From an uncultured Candidatus Saccharibacteria bacterium (GTDB taxonomy: Bacteria > Patescibacteriota > Minisyncoccia > UBA6257 > 2-01-FULL-56-20), in assembly GCA_964363455.1 (NCBI GenBank), contig CAYIIM010000002.1, positions 1 to 40,332 of the forward strand: a DNA stretch of 40,332 nt, given 5' to 3'. A program made the translations under genes and the position numbers. Positions 36,042 through 40,332 of the stretch are shown in pieces. Below the pieces are notes generated by a model. The model saw only the letters and a program-made list of their open reading frames with translations. It had not been told where the DNA came from and made no database searches. The first letter of the stretch is position 1. Each line of letters opens with the position of its first letter.

Positions 36042-36976
36042 TTAACCGCCACGTCCTCCACGATCGGCGACAACGTCTGGGAAGTGTTTGAAACCAAAAC
36101 TATCTTGTATCGAAAATACCTTTTGCCGTTAAAGTCCTCATTAAAACCTAATCTCGCTGAAAAAAGCTTATTATCCTGATCTTGGGAAGTTGTATTTGAT
36201 TTATATGGCCCCTTAAAATTCCATGGACCATTTGGCGTTGAACTAGCTGAAAAGTAAAACTTCACCTCCGTCCCGATAGGCAGATCGCCTCGCCACGAAA
36301 TCGAATTGAATTGAGCTCCGTCGTCAAGTCCGGTATCAAAAGTCGCGGACTCCAACCACCCCTGAGTTGAAGTTGCGTACCAATCCGTCGACACCTTAAA
36401 ACTCGAAGTACTGCTACCGCAATAATCCGATCCCAAAATCCCGTCTAATTGCTCACAGTTAAAACTTATCCACCCCACCACTGGATTCCAAGCCCACTGC
36501 TCAAAATCACTCGGCGGCATTTCGCTTCCAGGTACTCTCGCCTCAATAAGTGTCCGAAAAGGTAAAGTAGCGTCATAAAACCCAATCCAGCCAATCACGT
36601 TATTCCAAGCGTAATTACTCAAAGCGCCATGGCCGTTATTAGCCACGCCGTAAGTATGTCCAGTGCATCCGGTAGGATGACTATTACAATCCAAATACAC
36701 CGGCCCCAACGAAGAACTGGCTCTGCCTCTTATTTCTATGGAACTTACGCAAACCGACCCATTCTGTCCCCCACTGCACGGTATAACGTAATCACTATAA
36801 TTAAAATCAACCCACCCCAAAAAATCATTCCAAGCCCAATCCTCTCTTGAAGTACTCGTCACGTTATACTCAATTGCCGCCATTGTTCCAAAGGGATTAG
36901 AAAAAATCATCCCCATCAAAATAAACAGGATGGTCACTCCAACCCAAAACTCTATTCTTGAAAAAAATCTCTTCAT
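36029..36976 (-). CDS. TM-anchored pilus-operon protein with three WAWNxxxGWxxF repeats
   Basis: Repeats DWAWNDFLGWVDFN, NYAWNNVIGWIGFY and QWAWNPVVGWISFN, Cys-rich linkers, and a C-terminal beta-rich domain ending RYFRYKIVLVSNTSQTLSPIVEDVAVNWSP. Confidence 0.65.
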   Translation of the reverse strand: MKRFFSRIEFWVGVTILFILMGMIFSNPFGTMAAIEYNVTSTSREDWAWNDFLGWVDFNYSDYVIPCSGGQNGSVCVSSIEIRGRASSSLGPVYLDCNSHPTGCTGHTYGVANNGHGALSNYAWNNVIGWIGFYDATLPFRTLIEARVPGSEMPPSDFEQWAWNPVVGWISFNCEQLDGILGSDYCGSSTSSFKVSTDWYATSTQGWLESATFDTGLDDGAQFNSISWRGDLPIGTEVKFYFSASSTPNGPWNFKGPYKSNTTSQDQDNKLFSARLGFNEDFNGKRYFRYKIVLVSNTSQTLSPIVEDVAVNWSP

Positions 36977-36981
36977 TTTTT

Positions 36982-37632
36982 TTAGATGCCTTGAATCTTA
37001 AATACTCCGGGAGTGGAAGTGGCGTCGATAAAAGACGAGGTCGCAAACCCAACTGTCGAAGAAACCGGTCCCGTCACACCATCACCTAGCGACCAATCCG
37101 TCTGAATAGTTAATCGATTGCGAAATCGTGACACGAAGGTCGAAAAAGTTTTGGTCGCGTATTCCGGCGCCCAAGAATAACCAACCGTCACTTTCAAAAC
37201 CGAAGGATCAATTGGATCAACCCCACCGCACTCCACAATATCCTCCGCTTCTCCTTGAACTAAAGATGGAGTCCGGCAAACATTATCCAAGAAAAAAAAG
37301 CGATAATAAGTTGTTGTCGCAATCTGCATTGATTCATCGCCCGTATAAAGCAAAAATATTTCCGTACTTGTCGAAAGATGATATTGATTCGCCTCCCCCC
37401 TTAAAACCGCGCTCTCATCCAAATTATGCCAATCGTGTTCTGACCACAATCTGATGTTTTCCATTAATTCCCGAGCCCAAGACGCCCCTAATTTTGCCTC
37501 GTTGGTTTCAGTGTTGATTTTCAGTATTGGCGCCACCACCATCGCCGCTACCCCGATAAAAATCACTCCAAGCGCAATCGCTAAAATTAACTCGATTAGA
37601 GACTGACCTTTGTTTCTTTTAAGAAAAAACAT
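36982..37632 (-). CDS. prepilin-type N-terminal cleavage/methylation domain protein (pseudopilin)
   Basis: MFFLKRNKGQSLIELILAIALGVIFIGVAA has the canonical G|QSLIE signal with Glu5. Confidence 0.88.
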   Translation of the reverse strand: MFFLKRNKGQSLIELILAIALGVIFIGVAAMVVAPILKINTETNEAKLGASWARELMENIRLWSEHDWHNLDESAVLRGEANQYHLSTSTEIFLLYTGDESMQIATTTYYRFFFLDNVCRTPSLVQGEAEDIVECGGVDPIDPSVLKVTVGYSWAPEYATKTFSTFVSRFRNRLTIQTDWSLGDGVTGPVSSTVGFATSSFIDATSTPGVFKIQGI

Positions 37633-37642
37633 CCTCGGTAAA

Positions 37643-38293
37643 TTAATTAGATAAAACTCCCCCGTCGATCGTATAAGTTATCTGTCCCAATGGAGAAATA
37701 GAAATTGTAGAAGAAATACTAGGTTGGCTCTTTAGATATATCCTCGCCGCCGGAGAAAAACCGTGTATATCTTCTCCAGGTATCCCCGTGCTCTTCTCAA
37801 AAGAAAATAACCTCTCAGCAATCACTGAGTTACTATCATATTTCCCTTTATAAGGCTCAGGAAGGGTATAGTCACAAGGCCCAGGGAAAAAAGTAAATGC
37901 TCGATCAAAATCAATCCCATCTGGTAAGACAAAATATTCCTGAGCTACCCACTTACCAGACGCACCAATATCGTAAAACTGCAAAGCTATAGATGGACCC
38001 CCAACACAATCCGATGGAACGAGTCTCACTCGCCAATCACCGTAGATCCCTGATAGATTCTTCTGCGTCACACTGTTACTAATCGCCTGTTCAAAAATTG
38101 TTACAAATCTAATAACAACATTATCAAAATTTTCCCGACTTTTTTTCCCATAAAGATTCACCAACCCGATCGTACTTATAATCGCCACAAGCGCAATCAC
38201 AATCAAAAATTCCGTTAGCGTGAAACCCTTTCTGTTATTAAACCTGGATCTTGAATCTTGAATCATTTTGCCAATAAAACTTTTTTTTCTCAC
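37643..38293 (-). CDS. type IV pilin-like protein (prepilin signal)
   Basis: ...NNRKGFTLTEFLIVIALVAIIS has the canonical G|FTLTE signal. GTG start at 38293, with an alternative ATG at 38266. Confidence 0.88.
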   Translation of the reverse strand: MRKKSFIGKMIQDSRSRFNNRKGFTLTEFLIVIALVAIISTIGLVNLYGKKSRENFDNVVIRFVTIFEQAISNSVTQKNLSGIYGDWRVRLVPSDCVGGPSIALQFYDIGASGKWVAQEYFVLPDGIDFDRAFTFFPGPCDYTLPEPYKGKYDSNSVIAERLFSFEKSTGIPGEDIHGFSPAARIYLKSQPSISSTISISPLGQITYTIDGGVLSN

Positions 38294-38366
38294 TTCCTAC
38301 TGTGTCTCTTTTTTAATTTTGTATTTCAGAATTACGTTCCAAGTTTCACACTTCACGTTTCAAGAT

Positions 38367-39572
38367 TTAGAACTGCGAAGTTAGCTGATAAATCGGAATA
38401 ATAATCGAAAGCGCCACCATACCCACCAATAACCCCATCACAATCAACAAGGCCGGCTCCAAAAATGAAACTAGGGATTTCAACGCATCCTCCACGCGCG
38501 TTGTGTAAAAATCCGCCACCGTCACCAACACATCTTCCATATGCCCCGCTTTTTCGGAAATCGCAATCAAATTTGTTACTAATTTCGGGAAAACCATTTC
38601 GCGCTTAAAAGCCTCTCCGATCGTCAAGCCCTTAGTCAATCCCTCTTCTGTAATTCTCCTTAAACTAAATTTAAACTCATCCACTCCTACGGTATCCGCC
38701 GCGATGTTAAGAGTTTGTACAATCGGCAAACCCGCTTTCATTAAAGCGCTGGTCGTCGAAGCAAACCTCTGGATCGCCAACTCCTTTAACACACCCCGGA
38801 CAAATGGAAGTCTGGAAAAAATCCTCTTTCCTATTCTCCGGCCCGCTGTATTGACCATAAAAAAGTAGAGCCCAAATACCACCAACCCCAACCCTCCAAT
38901 CGCGAGGATTAAAATATTATCGTTCGCAAATAATCCGATCGCAAAAACCACCTTTGAAAAACTCGGCGGGTCGATCCCGCCATCATTAAAAACGTTCGCA
39001 ATCTTTGGCAAGGCAAATGTCACCAAAAAAATAAAAATCGTCATTGAGGTGATAAGCAAAATCGCCGGATAAATCAAAGCCGCTTTAATGCTGTTTCGAA
39101 GCGCCGCCTCTTTGGTTAAATTTTCACTCAACTCTTCAAAAGTTGACTGCAAACTTCCCGAAGCCTCCGCCGCTCGGACCAAACTTACAAACGCCGGAGG
39201 AAAAGTCTTAGGATACTTTTCAAATGCCACATAAAAAGGCTGGCCTCTTCCTAAGTTATCTCGAATCTCAAGAAGAAAATTCTTTAAAGCTGGCTTTTCA
39301 AAATCTTCAATTAAAATATTAATCGCCGAAAGCAAATCCGTCCCGACTCGAAGCATTAGGCCTAAATATTTCGTCAAAAATATCTTGTCGGTTAAATTTA
39401 TCTTCCCAAAAAAAATCCCCCCTTTTGCGCTGACATCTTTTAAAGGTTTAACTGTAATCGGCTTTAAATCCCGCGAGGCCAAATACTGAAGAGCTTGATT
39501 AAAATCATCCACCTCCAAATCCCCCTCGCTCATCTTTCCGTTTTTATCCGCCGCTAAATAATGAAAGAGCAT
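38367..39572 (-). CDS. pilC: type IV pilus / type II secretion platform protein (GspF/PilC family)
   Basis: Two GspF repeats and a typical N-terminus MLFHYLAADKNGKMSEG from the ATG at 39572. The ORF-track alternative is the GTG at 39602. Confidence 0.92.
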   Translation of the reverse strand: MLFHYLAADKNGKMSEGDLEVDDFNQALQYLASRDLKPITVKPLKDVSAKGGIFFGKINLTDKIFLTKYLGLMLRVGTDLLSAINILIEDFEKPALKNFLLEIRDNLGRGQPFYVAFEKYPKTFPPAFVSLVRAAEASGSLQSTFEELSENLTKEAALRNSIKAALIYPAILLITSMTIFIFLVTFALPKIANVFNDGGIDPPSFSKVVFAIGLFANDNILILAIGGLGLVVFGLYFFMVNTAGRRIGKRIFSRLPFVRGVLKELAIQRFASTTSALMKAGLPIVQTLNIAADTVGVDEFKFSLRRITEEGLTKGLTIGEAFKREMVFPKLVTNLIAISEKAGHMEDVLVTVADFYTTRVEDALKSLVSFLEPALLIVMGLLVGMVALSIIIPIYQLTSQF

Positions 39573-39609
39573 TTCTATATGATTATACCACACCAAAAAC
39601 ACGGATTTT

Positions 39610-39752
39610 GATAAACCAATTGCTTTATAGAAGCTCTCGGAGTCCCGACAGGATTGGTGTCGTCCAAGGACGACCTGTCGGGATGAGAGCGCAGGCGGAC
39701 ATTCACCGCTGGAGTGAATGGACCGCCGTTTCTATAAAGCAATTGGTTTATC
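39610..39752 (-). repeat. inverted-repeat-bounded GC-rich structured insert between pilB and pilC (element E2)
   Basis: Perfect 23-bp arms GATAAACCAATTGCTTTATAGAA (39610-39632) and its reverse complement (39730-39752). The core has stems CCCGACAGG...CCTGTCGGG, GTCGTCC/GGACGAC, GCTCTC/GAGAGC and GGCGGAC.TTCAC/GTGAA.GGACCGCC. Confidence 0.75.
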
Positions 39753-39755
39753 TCT

Positions 39756-40332
39756 CTACTCCCTAATCACCCGCAAAACCTCATCAATCGTCGTCATCGC
39801 CAGCTCCACCTTCGCCAAACCATCCTCAAACATCGTCTTCATCCCATTTTCCCGTGCCGCTTCCCTTAATTTTTCTAAACTAAAATCTTTACTGATAATT
39901 ATCCGTTTAATCGGCTCGTTAATGTCTAAAACTTCGTAAATGCCTAAACGCCCTCGATACCCCGTCATCCCACAGCTCGAACACCCTTTTCCTTTGTAAA
40001 AACTTTTTGGCATCTTTACCTTCGCCTGATCCAACCCCCCCTCCTTCAGTTGGTTGTGAATCACCTCTTTTATCGCCCCCTCTGGTTCGTAAGAATAAAT
40101 ACAGGTCTGACAGATTCTCCTAACCAAACGCTGAGCGATAATCACGTTCAAAACCGACACCGCTAAAAACGGCGGTACTTCCAAGTCGAAAAGCCGCGGG
40201 ACCACCGTCGGCGAATCATTGGTGTGAAGCGAAGACAAAAGTAGGTGACCAGTTAAGGCCGCCTGGACGGCAATACCAGCCGTCTCCGCATCCCGAATCT
40301 CACCCACCATAATAATATTCGGGTCCTGCCTT
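39756..40332 (-). CDS. pilB: type IV pilus assembly ATPase (GspE/PilB family), C-terminal part; 5-prime end outside the window
   Basis: The frame stays open to the window edge (...RQDPNIIMVGEIRDAETAGIAVQAALTGHLLLSSLHTND). C-terminal tetra-Cys CQTC...CSSC. Confidence 0.93.
   Translation of the reverse strand, partial: RQDPNIIMVGEIRDAETAGIAVQAALTGHLLLSSLHTNDSPTVVPRLFDLEVPPFLAVSVLNVIIAQRLVRRICQTCIYSYEPEGAIKEVIHNQLKEGGLDQAKVKMPKSFYKGKGCSSCGMTGYRGRLGIYEVLDINEPIKRIIISKDFSLEKLREAARENGMKTMFEDGLAKVELAMTTIDEVLRVIRE

Noticed and set aside
39718-39939. 73-aa plus-strand ORF spanning the E2 arm and the pilB 3-prime end.
   Set aside because: It is antisense to the well-conserved pilB C-terminus and begins inside the structured insert. 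It is a shadow ORF.

Overview
The window looks like a compact, AT-leaning, small-genome bacterium. Gene content and style suggest Patescibacteria/CPR: long co-directional operons, many starts without a Shine-Dalgarno, a type IV pilus operon, and a minimal F1Fo ATPase. That assignment is inference only. The standard code 11 applies, because TGA terminates conserved genes at their expected lengths.

Main blocks:
- (i) 1-9.9 kb: mostly minus-strand accessory and envelope genes. These include a class II Fic protein behind a three-operator promoter, an NYN-domain gene broken by a single in-frame TAA, a YdeN-type hydrolase, a VanY-type peptidase and an EamA transporter.
- (ii) 9.97-12.5 kb: orphan genes driven by a duplicated promoter-leader module, a VOC/PhnB gene, then fragments of a tRNA 3-prime end.
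- (iii) 12521-12815: a tRNA-Asn(GUU) gene split by a 223-nt group I intron.
- (iv) CysQ/IMPase-like gene, orphan genes, uppP, DUF2238, rsmE.
- (v) 18.06-24.5 kb: atpBEFHAGDC.
- (vi) rmuC.
- (vii) 26.2-33.3 kb: minus-strand string lepB-hisS-HIT-rpsU-yqeY-ybeY-ftsA-ftsZ.
- (viii) pth.
- (ix) 33.9-40.3 kb: minus-strand type IV pilus operon (pilB, pilC, two prepilins, a WAWN-repeat protein, a PilX-like protein, a PilM/N/O fusion).

I found no convincing multi-gene defence system or novel protein system. The unusual signals are at the RNA/DNA level:
- the intron-split tRNA and its duplicated 3-prime-end fragments;
- two related GC-rich, hairpin-rich inserts of about 130-145 nt, bounded by inverted repeats and sitting inside operons (atpG/atpD and pilB/pilC);
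- a duplicated promoter-leader module;
- phased operators at the fic promoter;
- intergenic spacers built from 7-9-nt degenerate tandem words.

All calls come from reading the sequence and recalling family motifs. No database search was run, and hand-counted motif coordinates may be off by 1-2 nt.
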